This document shows, one piece after another, positions 22,833 through 41,813 of a stretch of DNA of 64,000 nucleotides; the stretch's first letter is position 1, and each line of letters opens with the position of its first letter. The position numbers were made by a program, and so were the translations under genes. The stretch spans positions 310,001 to 374,000 of the forward strand of contig NIVC01000571.1 in the NCBI GenBank assembly GCA_002269645.1. The letters are read 5' to 3'. This stretch comes from Macrostomum lignano (taxonomy: Eukaryota). The notes beneath the pieces were generated by a model. That model was not told the origin of the DNA. It saw nothing but the letters and a program-made list of their open reading frames with translations, and searched no databases.

Positions 22833-25800
22833 CAACCACATGAGCAATAAAAAGTTTCAAGAATTCATAAAACAGCTGGATGGCCTCTGGGAGGTAAGCT
22901 AGAACTACTCATTGTCTAAGTGCTGCATATTATATTAATTCTGGGATCAGTAGCCAACTGTAACTCCCATCTGCTTGCAGATTAACAAAGTGAAGTTCAA
23001 AGAGGAGTTTGTCAGCACTGAGGCAAAGAGTGGCCTGCATCAATTTGAGTAAGTCAGTGCCTTAGTGAGACACTGAAGTTAATCAATGTAGTTATTAAGT
23101 GTTTTGCAGTTATTTTTGTATCACTAATAAGATGATGAGGCATTTGCATTATCTGACGATGAGTATAGTTACTCTTGCCATTTACCCAAAGCATTGGTAG
23201 CATACGAGCGTATTTTATCAGCAATTATCTGCACTATTGTGCACTGCTCAAAATTGGTGGTTTGGATCACTACTGCTATCTATCTTTTTAACACCATTCT
23301 TGCCTTTTAATAAGATTCAGAATGATAATTCCCATGCAGCCTTCGGTTGATCTTCTCATTAGCCTCCATCATCATGCCTCTATCATATAATCCCCATCAT
23401 ATCTATGCCCATGTATCCCCATCATATATCCCTATCATGATTTATCCTCATCATAAGCCTCCATCACATATATCCAATCACATATCCCCACATCATCATG
23501 TATCTCCCCCTCTCATCGCAGGCACCTGAAGGACCCCGACTGGCGCGTGAGTTTCCGCGAGACTCCGTCGGGCTGGTCGGTGCAGTGGTTCCCGCCGGCC
23601 GGCGACTCCGACGAGGCCCGGGGCGCGCCGCCGCCGGGCTCGGAGCTGTGCCGCCTGTTCGAGCTCACCCAGCTCGACCTGGAGGAGGCCGGCCCCGAGG
23701 TGGTCCGCAGCCGGGCCAAATTCGCAGCCGTCTTTTCCAGCGCCGACCGCGAGGTGTCCGCGCCGGCCAAGTTCATCTGCGAGAAGAAGACCGGCCGGCA
23801 GCTGCCTAAGAAGCTGCGGTTCCAGTTCGGCTCGCTGCAGATCACTAAGGTGAGCAACCTGTGCACCACGTCTCCGCCTCACTGGGTTGCTGGGACCCAG
23901 CCTCATGGGTCACATAGTGGGATTTCCCCAGCCTCTATAAGTCACGGGGTTGTATTTCCCCATCCTCTATAAGTCACGGGGTGGTATTTCCCCATCCTCT
24001 ATGAGTCACGGAGTGGTATTTCCCCAACGGAGTGGTATTTTCCCAGCCTCTATGAGTCACGGAGTGGAATTTCCCCAGCCTCTATGAGTCACGGAGTGGG
24101 ATTTTCCCAGCCTCTATGAGTCACGGAGTGGGATTTTCCCAGCCTCTATGAGTCACGGCGTGGGATTTCCCCAGCTTCTATGAGTCACGGAGTGGTATTT
24201 TCCCAGCCTCTATGAGTCACGTAGTGAGATTTCCCCAGCCTCTATGAGTCACGGAGTGGGATTTCCCCAGCCTCTATGAGTCACGGAGTGGGATTTCCCC
24301 AGCCTCTATGAGTCACGGAGTGGGATTTCCCCAGCCTCTATGAGTCACGGCGTGGAATTTCCCCAGCCTCTAGGGAAATACGGAGTGGGATTTCCCCAGC
24401 ATGGCTATGAGTCACGGAGTGGGATTTTCCCAGCCTCTATGAGTCACGGAGCCTTCCATACCCAAGCGACCGTAAATAATCAGAGTTTTTCACCGCTGCT
24501 CGTGAGTAGCCAGTTGCGAACTTGTACTTTAAACCTTACAAATTTCGATTCTCTCGCCCACCCCGCCTGCCCTTAGCTGAGCCGCTGCCTTCCCGCCTAC
24601 AGCGACTGTGCGGTGTCGCTTCTGCCGCTGCTTGAGGAGCGGTTCCGCTGCGACCTCATCCTGCGCGGCTCAGACGGCAGCGAGTTTAGTTGCCATGGCG
24701 ACGTGATCCGCCTCGTTGCCGGGGACGCCGCCCTGGCTTGGCTGCAGCAGCCGCCCGGCCGCGACCCGCAGCTGCTGCGCGTCTTCCTGCATTTCTGCTA
24801 CGCCGCCGCTCTGCCGCAGGGCCTCGGCGCCGAAGAGTCTCGCGAGCTGATGGAGCTGGCCCAGCCTCTTGCCTGCCCTGCCTTCCGAGCGGCTCTAAAG
24901 CGGCACCTGCGGCGGGCCGGAAGCAGCGCCCGCGTGGCCAGGGAGCTGCAGGCTACTGAGACTGCGCTGGCCCGCCACATCGATGTGAGAGGGCTGCCGT
25001 TGATACCCCTGCTTGTCTGTTTTGGTCACTGGATCCCCCCTTAAGCCAGTTAGTCACTGGATCCGCCCCCTGAGCCAGTTAGTCACTGGATCCGCCCCCC
25101 CTGAGCCAGTTAGTCACTGGATCCGCCCCCTGAGCCAGTTAGTCACTGGATCCGCCCCCTGAGCCAGTTAGTCACTGGATCCGCCCCCTGAGCCAGTTAG
25201 TCACTGGATCCGCCCCCTGAGCCAGTTAGTCACTGAATCCGCCCCCTGAGCCAGTCAGTCACTGGATCCGCCCCCTAAGCCAGTTAGTCACTGAATCCGC
25301 CCCCTGAGCCAGTTAGTCACTGGATCCGCCCCCCATCCGCCCCAGGACCTGCGGGACCCATTCTCGCTGGCAGCGGAGCCGGGCCGCCTGGCCGGCCAGC
25401 TGGAGACCTTCCTGCGCGACTGCCTGGCCGCGGCGGCCCGCCTGCTGCTGTGCGCGGCCCTGTACGAGTCCATGCCTGGCGCTGAGCGGTCGCGGGTGCA
25501 GCAGCTGTTCCGGGACCGGGCCGGCCGCCTTGCCGAGTCGCAGGCGCAGCTGCTCCACCGGCTGCACTCGGCGATGCGGGCGGTACCGGCCGAGCGGCGG
25601 GCCGAGCTGAGCCAGCTGTGCCTGGACCGGCTGGAGCCGCTGGCCTCCGGGCTGCCGGAGTGCGCGCTGCAGCTTGCGGACCTGCTGAGCTCCGGCTGCC
25701 GGCAGGGCCTCCTGAGCGGCGGCGGGGTGCTGCTGTTCAAGGACTGGCGGGCGCTGCTGTCCGCGCCTAAAAAGTGAGCACCTTTTGCAGTCAGGAGTTG

Positions 25801-28800
25801 GCTTGAATACCGTTAGCTGCAGTACCTTAATGAGGCTCAAGGGAGTTTTGAAATTATTGTAAAGAATCTGCTCTCAATAGAATTTCGGAAGCGTCTCGCT
25901 ACTACTATTAGTAGTTTCCTGCCTGGCATTTTAACCCCCTCTCAAACCCGCCGGCTGCAGGTGCTCCACCCTCCGCACCCAGCTGGAGGCCATGCGCTCC
26001 GAGTACCGCCAGGCCGGGCCCGAGCGCCTGTCCGAGCTGTTCGACCACCTGCTGGCCGAGCTGGCCGGCCTGGACAACCGGCAGCGGCCGTCAGGTGGCG
26101 GCGCCAGCGGCGGTTTTCGCGTCTCCGCCCGCTGGGAGAAGCGCGCCAAGAAGGCGGCCAGGCGGACCGGCCTGGCGGTGCGGCTGCTCCGCTCCGTGCG
26201 CGGCGAGCCGGCGGCTGCGGAGTTTTGGCGCCGTCTGGCCGCCTGCCTGCCGCGCGGCTGCCACGAGGCGCTCGGCCTGCTGCGCGAGCTCGCCCTGCTG
26301 CCGCCCGACTTCGCCGCTCCCGACGCCGCCGACTCTGCCGCGGTGGCCGCTTCTGATATGGACGCCGCGGCGGCCTCCGTCTCCGCCGTGTCTCTGGAGG
26401 AGGCCGAGGACGCGTCTGGCGCCTCCGCTTCCGCCACTGCGACTGCCGCTCCTGCCGCTGCCGCTGTTATGCCCAACGAGCTGCAGGTTCGTTTTGATGA
26501 CCCTGCCTTGTTGCTAGGGCCTCTGGATATGAGATTTTTGCTAGGGTCTCTGGATGTGAGAGTGTTGCTAGGGTCTCTGAAAATGAGATTGTTTCCAAGG
26601 CCTCTGGATATTGGATTGTTGCTAGGGTCTCTGGATGTGAGATTGTTGCTAGGGGCTCTGGATGTGAGATTGTTGCTAAGGGTCTCTGGATGTGAGATTG
26701 TTGCCAGGGTCTCTGGATGTGAGATTGTTGCTAGGGTCTCTGAAAATGGGATTGTTGCCAAGGCCTCTGGATATTGGATTGTTGCTAGGGTCTCTGGATG
26801 TGAGATTGTTGCTAGGGTCTCTATATATGGGATTGTTGCTAAGGCCTCTGGAGATGGGATTGTTGCTAGGGACTCTGGAAATGGGGTTGCAGCTAAGGAA
26901 CTCCTAAAGTGCCAGGGCATTATCATTAGGGACATTCGAAAGAGGATCACTATATGGTACTAGAGTGAGGGTTATGAAAGCTGTAGAGGACAATGTTGAT
27001 TTTGAAGCACTAAAAAGAATTGTTTCTAGACAAATTGAATATTACGCTCGTATATCCCGTTCCTCACTCCTCAGCTGTGCCTGACCCGACTGTGGCGCGG
27101 CGAGCTGTCCCAGCCAGCTCCCGACCTGCTGGTGACGACCTGCGACGAGCGCAGCTTCCGCGTGCACTCGCTGGTGCTGGCGGGCCGCTGCCCCTGGATT
27201 CGGCGGGTGCTGCAGTCCGGCATGTGCGAAGCGCTGGAGCGGCACCTGCGGCTGCCGGACTGCGAGGGGCCGCTGGTTGAGCGGCTGCTGGAGTTTCTGT
27301 ACACTGGCGTGCTGCCGGTGGGGGAGGACGCCTCCACGGATTGGCTGGTGCGGCTGGGGATGCCAGGGCTGGGCTGGGGAGTTTTCAGCCTCTGACAGGC
27401 TGCAATAGTGTGACCACTAATAGGATAGTCATACTTGAGCACATTTGGTTGCTAAGGAAGTTTCTAATGGGTTTTCCATCCTTGGTTGCTAGGGACGACA
27501 ACCCCTGGTTTCATACAGAGGCGCCTTCCGTGGTTGCTAGGGACGCACACTGGTTGCTAGGATCGCACTGGTTGCTAGAGGCGCACACTGGTTGCTAGGG
27601 GCGCACACTGGCACACCGCTGAGTTCTAGTGCTCTTCAATTTATTGGGGCACGCTGAATTGGTTGCTAGGGCCGCCCCTTGGTTGCTAGGGTCGCCACTC
27701 TGTTTAAGATTGCTTGATGCAATGATGGTTGGTTTTTGCTGTCCCTCAACCGCAGGTGGACATGCTGCTGCTGGCCGACCGGTTCGAGCTGGAGCGCCTG
27801 TCGAAGATCTGCGCCAGCGCCCTGGTGGCCCGGGTCGGCTTCGAGACCGCCGTGCCGCTGCTGGCGCTGGGCGAGCGGACCGGCCAGGCAGCGCTGATGG
27901 ACGCCGCCTTCGACTTCCTTCAGCGGAACATCAACGCCGTGTCCGTTGACGATGTGAGTCTGGGTGCGAGCTGATGACCGAGTGACAGGCTGATGACCGA
28001 GTGACAGGCTGATGACCGAGTGACAGGCTGATGGTCGAGTGACAAGTTGATATATAGGAGTGACAGGCTGATGGTCGAGTGACAAGTTGATATATAGGAG
28101 TGACAGGCTGATGGTCGAGTGACAAGTTGATATATAGGAGTGACAGGCTGATGGTCGAGTGACAAGTTGATATATAGGAGTGACAGGCTGATGGTCGAGT
28201 GACAAGTTGATATATAGGAGTGACAGGCTGATGGCCGAGTGACGGATTGATATATAGGAGTGTCGGGCTGATACAAGAGTGACAGGCTGATATGAGGGGG
28301 AGTCAAAAAGTAATGATAGTTTCGTTCTCACGAGTGTCAAACTTCAAATGGGAATCTAATTTTCTACATAGTTCCCCTTCAGGGTCAGGCACTTCTCCAT
28401 GCGGTGTCGCCATCTCTCCAGGCCGTTCGCGTAGAACTCGGGAGGCTGTGCAGTAGCCTTTTGGCAGCCTCTTTGTCCTCATGTTGGACTCCTTTGATTG
28501 CTTCCTTCAGCTTAGGAAACAAGAAAAAGTCCAAAGGAGCCAAACCAGGGCTATATGGAGGATGCTGGGGATTTCCCAGCGGAAATCTCGCAGGGCTTCA
28601 CGGCAGAGCCGAGAAGTGTGAGCTGGTGCATCGTTGTGGTGAAAGAGAATCCGGGTGCAGCTTGCCAGGCCGCTTTTGTCCAGTTCGGAGCGGAGCTTTC
28701 GCAGAAGCGACTCATAACAGGTGGCATTGATGGTCTTCTGGCTTTCCAGGAAGTCCAGCATCACCAGTCCCTCAACATCCCAGAAGATCGTCGCCAAGAC

Positions 28801-29808
28801 CTTCTCTGCAGACCGTTCCGCACGGAACTTCTTGGGGCCGGCAGCCGCTCCTTGGGTTGGACCTTGGAGTCTGGATTGTACTGAAATGTACTGAAGGGCA
28901 CTCAGCTTGCTCCGACCAAGACAGTCCATCACAATGTAGTGAGCGCAGCCATGAGAGATGCCCACTTGGTCAGCAATATCGTCTATGGCCACGCGCTGAT
29001 CCTGCTGAATCACCTGCAGCACAGCTGCCACATTTTCCTATGTGCGCAATGTTGTGGGCCTTCCCGACCGCTGGGCGTGTTCCATGGACTCTCGGCCTTC
29101 CTTAAAAGCCTGAATCCAGCGGTAAATGGTTGGATCTGGTGGAGCAGTGTCCCCATAGACCTTCTTCAAAGCGTCAATGATTTCGGCTGGCTTCTAACCA
29201 AGTTTTACAAGAAACTTCACGTTAGTGCGAGCTTCGATTTTTGAATTTTCCATTGCTGAAAGGGTATACTGTGATTAGAGCGTCACTATTCAGACATCAA
29301 TCACTTTAGAAGAACCAAAACTCTGTAAAATAAAGAGCAAAAGATGTTTTTTTCAAATGAAACCAGTTGCAGTTAATTGCCTCTGATTTTTTAGGCGTTA
29401 CAACAAAATTATCATTACTTTTTGACTTCCCCTCGTATAAGAATGACAAGCTGATATAGGGGAGTGACAGGCTGATATAAAGGAGTGACAGGCTGATATG
29501 TAGGAGTGACAGGCTGACATCAGGGTGACAGATACCAGCGTGCCAATGTGTCCCGCACCCCGCAGCTCGGCCAGCTCAGCCAGGCCCTCCGAGACCGCCT
29601 GACGCAGACCGAGTCGGCCGGCAGCCAAGACGGCAGCAGCGCGGACTCAGAGCAGCTCTGGTCGACCCTGCCAGGCGACAACTTCGAAGAGAAGTTGGGC
29701 GAATTCCGCGCCATCGTTGGTCCGGAGCCGTCGGACAGCGTGCTGCTGGACTTGCTGGTCACGGCCGACGGAGACCTGAACCGGGCCCTGAACTACTACC
29801 TGTCTTGA
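22833..29808 (+). CDS. Multi-exon protein with two BTB/POZ domains and a C-terminal UBA/CUE-like domain (~840 aa)
   Basis: Phase-consistent exons 22833-22893, 22981-23048, 23522-23849, 24577-24984 (BTB1: CDLILRGSDGSEFSCH...FLHFCY), 25346-25773, 25961-26486, 27075-27347 (BTB2: DLLVTTCDERSFRVHSLVLAGRCPW...LLEFLYTG), 27756-27953 (LLLADRFELERL) and 29566-29808 (LDLLVTADGDLNRALNYYLS*). The 5' end is uncertain; there is an in-frame ATG at 22840. Confidence 0.75.
23930..24450. repeat. 32-bp intronic minisatellite (CCTCTATGAGTCACGGAGTGGGATTTCCCCAG)
   Basis: Unit recurs at 24079 and 24111, and throughout the interval. Confidence 0.9.
25025..25330. repeat. 29-bp intronic minisatellite (GAGCCAGTTAGTCACTGGATCCGCCCCCT)
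   Basis: About 10 tandem copies fill the intron up to the acceptor. Confidence 0.9.
26510..26880. repeat. 27-bp intronic minisatellite (CTCTGGATGTGAGATTGTTGCTAGGGT)
   Basis: Direct tandem copies, some degenerate. Confidence 0.85.
27970..28290. repeat. ~19/21-bp composite minisatellite (GAGTGACAGGCTGATGGTC / GAGTGACAAGTTGATATATAG), continuing at 29440-29530
   Basis: The same units lie on both sides of the mariner insertion. Confidence 0.85.
28293..29435 (-). mobile_element. Decayed mariner (Tc1/mariner) transposon
   Basis: ~28-bp TIRs (TGAGGGGGAGTCAAAAAGTAATGATA / TATCATTACTTTTTGACTTCCCCTCG) and TA TSDs at 28291-2 and 29436-7. Transposase remnant from ATG 29253 has KVLATIFWD, HNDAPAH and YSPGLAP. 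It carries an in-frame stop, frameshifts and a deletion across the WVPxEL/first catalytic Asp region. Confidence 0.92.
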
Positions 29809-30560
29809 ACCACTTCCTGTCCTGAACTACTTACTACCTGACCTGAACTATTACCTGTCCTGAACTATTACCTGTCCTGAACCATTACCTGTCCTAAACC
29901 ACTTCCTGTCCTGATCTATTACCTGTCCTGAACCACTTTCTGTCCTGATCTATTACCTGTCCTGAACCACTTCCTGTCCTGATCTATTACCTGTCCTGAA
30001 CCACTTTCTGTCCTGATCTATTACCTGTCCTGAACCACTTCCTGTCCTGATCTATTACCTGTCCTGAACCACTTCCTGTCCTGATCTATTACCTGTCCTG
30101 AACCACTTCCTGTCCTGATCTATTACCTGTCTTGAACCACTTTCTGTCCTGATCTATTACCTGTCCTGAACCACTTTCTGTCCTGATCTATTACCTGTCC
30201 TGAACCACTTCCTGTCCTGATCTATTACCTGTCCTGAACCACTCTCTGTCCTGATCTATTACCTGTCCTGAACCACTTTCTGTCCTGATCTATTACCTGT
30301 CCTGAACCACTCTCTGTCCTGATCTATTACCTGTCCTGAACCAGTTCCTGTCCTGATCTATTACCTGTCCTGAACCAGTTCCTGTCCTGATCTATTACCT
30401 GTCCTGAACCAGTTCCTGTCCTGATCTATTACCTGTCCTGATCCACTTTCTGTCCTGATCTATTACCTGTCCTGAACCAGTTCCTGTCCTGATCTATTAC
30501 CTGTCCTGAACCACTCTCTGTCCTGATCTATTACCTGTCCTGAACCAGTTCCTGTCCTGA
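29800..30560. repeat. 34-bp minisatellite starting at the BTB gene stop codon (TTACCTGTCCTGAACCACTTCCTGTCCTGATCTA)
   Basis: Unit recurs at 29953 and 29987, and throughout the interval. Confidence 0.95.
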
Positions 30561-31894
30561 TCCGGGTCCTGGACTACTTCTACCTGTCCTGAGACCGCCT
30601 CCTCCTGTTTCTCATCGCCTTTTGATAGAATTGATTGCTGTTTGGAATATTTCCCACGTGGCTTCGCCAATCTATTTTTTGTGCGCGCCTGTTGTACTTT
30701 CATAATTATGTGTACTTTTATAGACATATTCTGAGGCATAATGAGCGCAGCTGTCTGCGCGACAATGAAGCTCTTTCCAATAGAAGCTGCGCGATCCATT
30801 GCTGGTTTTATTGGTGATTAAAGCAAGCCCCACGCCTACCGGTGCGCAACTTGGTGACGGGTGGGAAAATTTGGCCTGTCATTTGCTATTTATGCTACTT
30901 GTAAGTAACAGATACTGCAAATTGTTTTGTTGCTGCGGGCGGTTTGGCTTTTTAAGCACTTGACAGTTCTCGGGCTTCTGCCGTGCAAATCAGTTCTATT
31001 TTTGTGATATGGGAAATCTTGTTTTCTGATCTGTCTGGCAAAGAATTGCTTATATTCTGGAGTCCACATCGAGTAATGCGTTCTGATTCTGATGTACTTT
31101 CTGATTAATCCCTGGCTAGTATTTTCGCAGTTGCTTGAGCCTTTTTCTGTAGAATCTCGTCAGTCGGATCTCTAGGTGATGCTTGATATGATGCCTAATA
31201 TCTACCTGAGTTTGCCAGTACCAATGCGGACGCAAATCTCTATACACTTATTTTTGCTGCTATCCAGTGCGTCTGTAAGCATGCTTTGTAACTGCTGCAA
31301 TATTATAATATAATGCTTTTTGTGTCAGATACTGTATAGCTCTGCTCTCAACAACACAGACCTTACTATCGATTTTGTTTTATTCTTATTTTATTTTACC
31401 CGTGTTAAGTGGCTGCCAGTCTCAGTTTCTCGATTGATAGAAGTCATTCTCCCAGCAATGTTAAGGGCTGTTTTCATTGACGTATTTTGAAGTAATACGA
31501 ATTATACATTTGAACTTCTCGAGTAAAGAAGTTCTTATGGCAAACTGCTGCAAATAGAAGTGGCCTTAAAACCCTAACAGAATTAGGCTAAAAATAGAAT
31601 GGTAGAAGATCGTTAAGGTACTTTGCTCGGGCCCAATATATTATACGAGGCAGTACGGGGCAAATATTTCCTAGTCAAGCTCTCAGCGAAAATAATTTTG
31701 AGCAAAAAAAATTTCTGAAGGTCATTCATGGAGTAGAAAGAAATAATGGATAAAAAAATCTGGATTGATCCTGGTTCTAGTATAGATAAGTACTAGTAAT
31801 CTACGCCCCCGTTGGGGAGCCAAAGAAATGCAATACACGTTTTTAATAAGCTACATGTAGCCTTGAAATCTTAAAAAATCTCCTGTCAAACTTC

Positions 31895-32170
31895 TAACCC
31901 TAACCCTAACCCTAACCATAACCCTAAATTTAATATTTTGTCCATGAGTTTTTGCATAATGCTTCTATGATTTTTTGCATGACGCTTCCATGATTTTTCG
32001 CATGACGCTTCCATTATTTTTGCATGACGCTTCTATGATAAACATTTTCAATAAGCTACATGAGCTAAGTTATAAGCTACCCTAACCCTAGCCCTAACCC
32101 GAATCTTAACGCTATAACCCTGAACCTAACGCTAAACCTAAACCCTAACACCAACCCTAACACTAACCCT
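31895..32170. repeat. Short interstitial (TAACCC)n telomere-like tracts
   Basis: TAACCC tandem copies at 31895-31927 and degenerate copies at 32080-32170. Confidence 0.6.
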
Positions 32171-33715
32171 ACAGCCTGACATCTGCATAAGTTTGTGAAG
32201 CGCTAGTAGTATTTTTTAGCTTAGTATCTTAGCGTTGGGGAGCAAAAAATGCAGTGCAAGTTTTGTAATAAACTAGTAGTTTTAAAAGTAAAAAGTAAAA
32301 CAAAAGTAGTTTTATCTGCGAAAGTCCTTATTGTGTAAGATAATTATAATATTTTGTTTATACACACTGAAATGACTGTATTTTTAACTTATACAGTTTC
32401 TTCGAAACGCATAATTGAGCAGCAATTAAAATAATTAGTCAACTACCCGACGAGGGATAATTGGCTAGCTAGTTACTCATGAGTCATATCCAACTAAAAC
32501 TGGCCTTTTTAACTGGAAAAGCTAGATAGGCAACTCACTTCATCCAGTTGATACTACCTATTCTTTCTTCATTTAACTCGTATTGAAGGACTTATTTATC
32601 TAGCTCCAGTTTCTAAACTGAAAAGAAACCTGGCAGATAAATTACTTCTTGTTATACATAAAAATGATTTTAGGATGAAATTTTATTGATGCATTACTAT
32701 ACTATTTTACCCTCATACTCTACAATTGCTCAGATTTGTTGAGTAGGTATAACATATTTTATAACAACTTGCTTAACATTTGCACTCCATGTCTTTTTAT
32801 TGCACTTTCATTTATTTTGTTAGCTTAATCTTTTTTGCTTTGCAATCTTATAATGTATCTTTATTGTTAAATTTTGCTATAATGGTTAAACCTTTCCATA
32901 TAATATAAGACCAAATTTCATTATATAACCATAGGCAATAGTTAGATAGAGTTTAATATTTTAATATTGTTATTTTTTTCTAGAATTTATGTTAGCATTA
33001 GTATAGGATAGGCCCTAGGATTTTTCATAGTTACCAAATATGTAGCATATGTATAATTATAATACTATTGATTTCAAAATATATGTAGTTATATTTATAT
33101 TTTATCAAGTAATTTACTTTAAGATCTCTTATGTAGAAAATATACTTAGCAACATAGAAAAGTTGCCATCATAGAAGATTTTATCTGTGGTTGCAACTTA
33201 GCAACACCATATTATGAATATGGTAGACTTGATTTAAGAGATAAAGTGGAGTGGTGTGCAAGGGTTAGATGGATTAAAGCTACCCCAATCAGTTTTCTTA
33301 TATCTTTTTTAGAATAGTCTAAGAGAAATTGTTAATGGTACAATGTGTGGCAAATTTTCAATGTTGCTAGGTGTACTTTTATATCAAAAAGAAAATGCTT
33401 GTAGAAAAGTTTTGGATTATTTAAAGCCTGCTTGTTATTATTTTTTGCATAAAAATATCATATTTAATCATTTAGGCCTAGAAAGTGTATATAATAAAAA
33501 ATTATTATAATTATTTAATATTTGATAGTATAGAGTGGTCAATCGTATGTAGCTTTTTATTTTAGAATATTTTATAATAATAATAGTTTTTAACCTAGCC
33601 ATCAATCACATTTTAATCTGTCATAGATTTGACATTTTCTAGCAATATAAACAAATTACTTTTATGAAATAAATCAAAAGTCTTCAACATCCCTCAGACA
33701 GCAGCATCCCAGGAG

Positions 33716-39654
<5,939 letters not shown>

Positions 39655-40390
39655 CTGTTGTGACTGAGTCATGGCCCTCCCACACTGTTGTGACTGGGTC
39701 ATGGCCCTCCCACACTGTTGTGACTGGGTCATGGCCCTCCCACACTGTTGTGACTGGGTCATGGCCCTCCCACACTGTTTTCACTGGGTCATGGCCCTCC
39801 CACACTGTTTTGACTGGGTCATGGCCCTCCCACACTGTTGTGACTGGGTCATGGCCCTCCCACACTGTTGTGACTGGGTCATGGCCCTCCCACACTGTTG
39901 TGACTGGGTCATGGCCCTCCCACACTGTTGTGACTGGGTCATGGCCCTCCCACACTGTTTTGAGTGGATCATGGCCCTCCCACACTGTTGTGACTGTGTC
40001 ATGGCCCTCCCACACTGTTGTGACTGGGTCATGGCCCTCCCACACTGTTGTGACTGGGTCATGGCCCTCCCACACTGTTTTGAGTGGATCATGGCCCTTC
40101 CACACTGTTGTGACTGGGTCATGGCCCTCCCACACTGTTTTGAGTGGATCATGGCCCTTCCACACTGTTGTGACTGGGTCATGGCCCTCCCACACTGTTG
40201 TGACTGGGTCATGGCCCTCCCACACTGTTGTGACTGGGTCATGGCCTCACACACTGTTGTGAGTGGGTCATGGCCTCCCACACTGTTGTGACTGGGTCAT
40301 GGCCTCCCACACTGTTTTGAGTGGGTCATGGCCCTCCCACACTGTTGTGACTGGGTCATGGCCCTCCCACACTGTTTTGACTGTGTCATG
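39655..40390. repeat. 30-bp minisatellite starting at the SPCA stop (CTGTTGTGACTGGGTCATGGCCCTCCCACA)
   Basis: About 24 tandem copies. Confidence 0.95.
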
Positions 40391-41199
40391 GAGATATTTT
40401 GGCGAGTTCGTGGCCTTAGTTGGCCCCTTGGTTCGGGCCATGACCCAGTTTTTGCTATATTAAATATTATTAAATGTGCTGTTTTCAAAATATTTTAATT
40501 CTCCATAATTTCACTCAGCCCCTGCCCTGCTATGCAGCCAGGAATTCCATCGATTTTCGCACGTTTTTTTTCTAATCAAAATTTTCAGTACATCTGCACT
40601 TTTATTCCACAGCCAGTCTTCCATGTTTATTGCCTGTCCTGCATAATAAAACTGCTGCTGGTTTTACAGCAAATATTTACAGCTATTTACAGCTATTTAC
40701 AGCTATCCTGCATGCCTGTCTATTTATACCATTGTTGCTATGCTCAACTCTTTGTCTCGGTGGCTGCTTTCTGCTTGCCAATGAATAAAATGCTGAGTAG
40801 TTCTTTGAGTCGGGTCCGGGACAGCTCTGTCAGGTCGGAGCAATCGATCGACCGTGTACTTTATAGATGTAGTGCGCCCAGGCTCCGGCCGTGCTAGTCA
40901 CCTGTGCTTTTGTTTTTCTTCACAGGGCATGATGCATTTTTATAGCCAATTGTTTATTAATGATTATGGACATTCTCCCTGTACTTTGTTGGTGTCTGTG
41001 CATGCCGGGCTGCGCGCCGTGTTTGGCCGCAAAATTTCTGCTATTCTCATAATATACAGTGGATATTGAGCATGCTTTGATGCTGCACTGGGACTTCATC
41101 TGATTTCAAGTTGTTTGAGTCATTTCTCATGGGGTTCGAGACCAGGAGCTCTTAGCGATTGTTCATTTAGCTTTCTGGGGAAATAGTATAGTGGGTTTC

Positions 41200-41770
41200 T
41201 GTTGCAGTTGCTATGTAGTTTCTATGCAGTTGCTGTGTAGTTTCTATGCAGTTGCTATGCAGTTTCTATGCAGTTGCTGTGTAGTTTCTATGCAGTTGCT
41301 ATGCAGTTTCTATGCAGTTGCTGTGTAGTTTCTATGCAGTTGCTGTGTAGTTTCTATGCAGTTGCTATGCAGTTTCTATGCAGTTGCTGTGTAGTTTCTA
41401 TGCAGTTGCTATGCAGTTTCTATGCAGTTGCTGTGTAGTTTCTATGCAGTTGCTGTGTAGTTTCCATGCAGTTGCTATGTAGTTTCTATGCAGTTTCTAT
41501 GTAGTTTCAATGCAGTTTCTGTGTAGTTTCTATGCATTTGTTGTGTGGTTTCTTTGCAGTTGCTATGAAGTTTCTATGCAATTGCTGTGTAGTTTCTATG
41601 CAGTTGCTTTGTTCTCGTATTTTATATGCAGTTCGTTGCCAAGCCGCTTCTGAGATTACTATGCAAATGCTAAGCCGTTTTTATGAGGTTACTATGCAGT
41701 TGCTAAGCTGTTTCTATGAAGTTACTATGCAGTTGCTAAGCAGTTTCTACGAGGTTACTATGCAGTTGCT
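41200..41770. repeat. 11/22-bp minisatellite (TGCAGTTGCTATGTAGTTTCTA)
   Basis: Tandem copies, decaying toward the RABGGTB acceptor. Confidence 0.9.
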
Positions 41771-41813
41771 TACACAAGCGTTGCCATCCGAACGCGCCCG
41801 CAAATTCCCGCAG

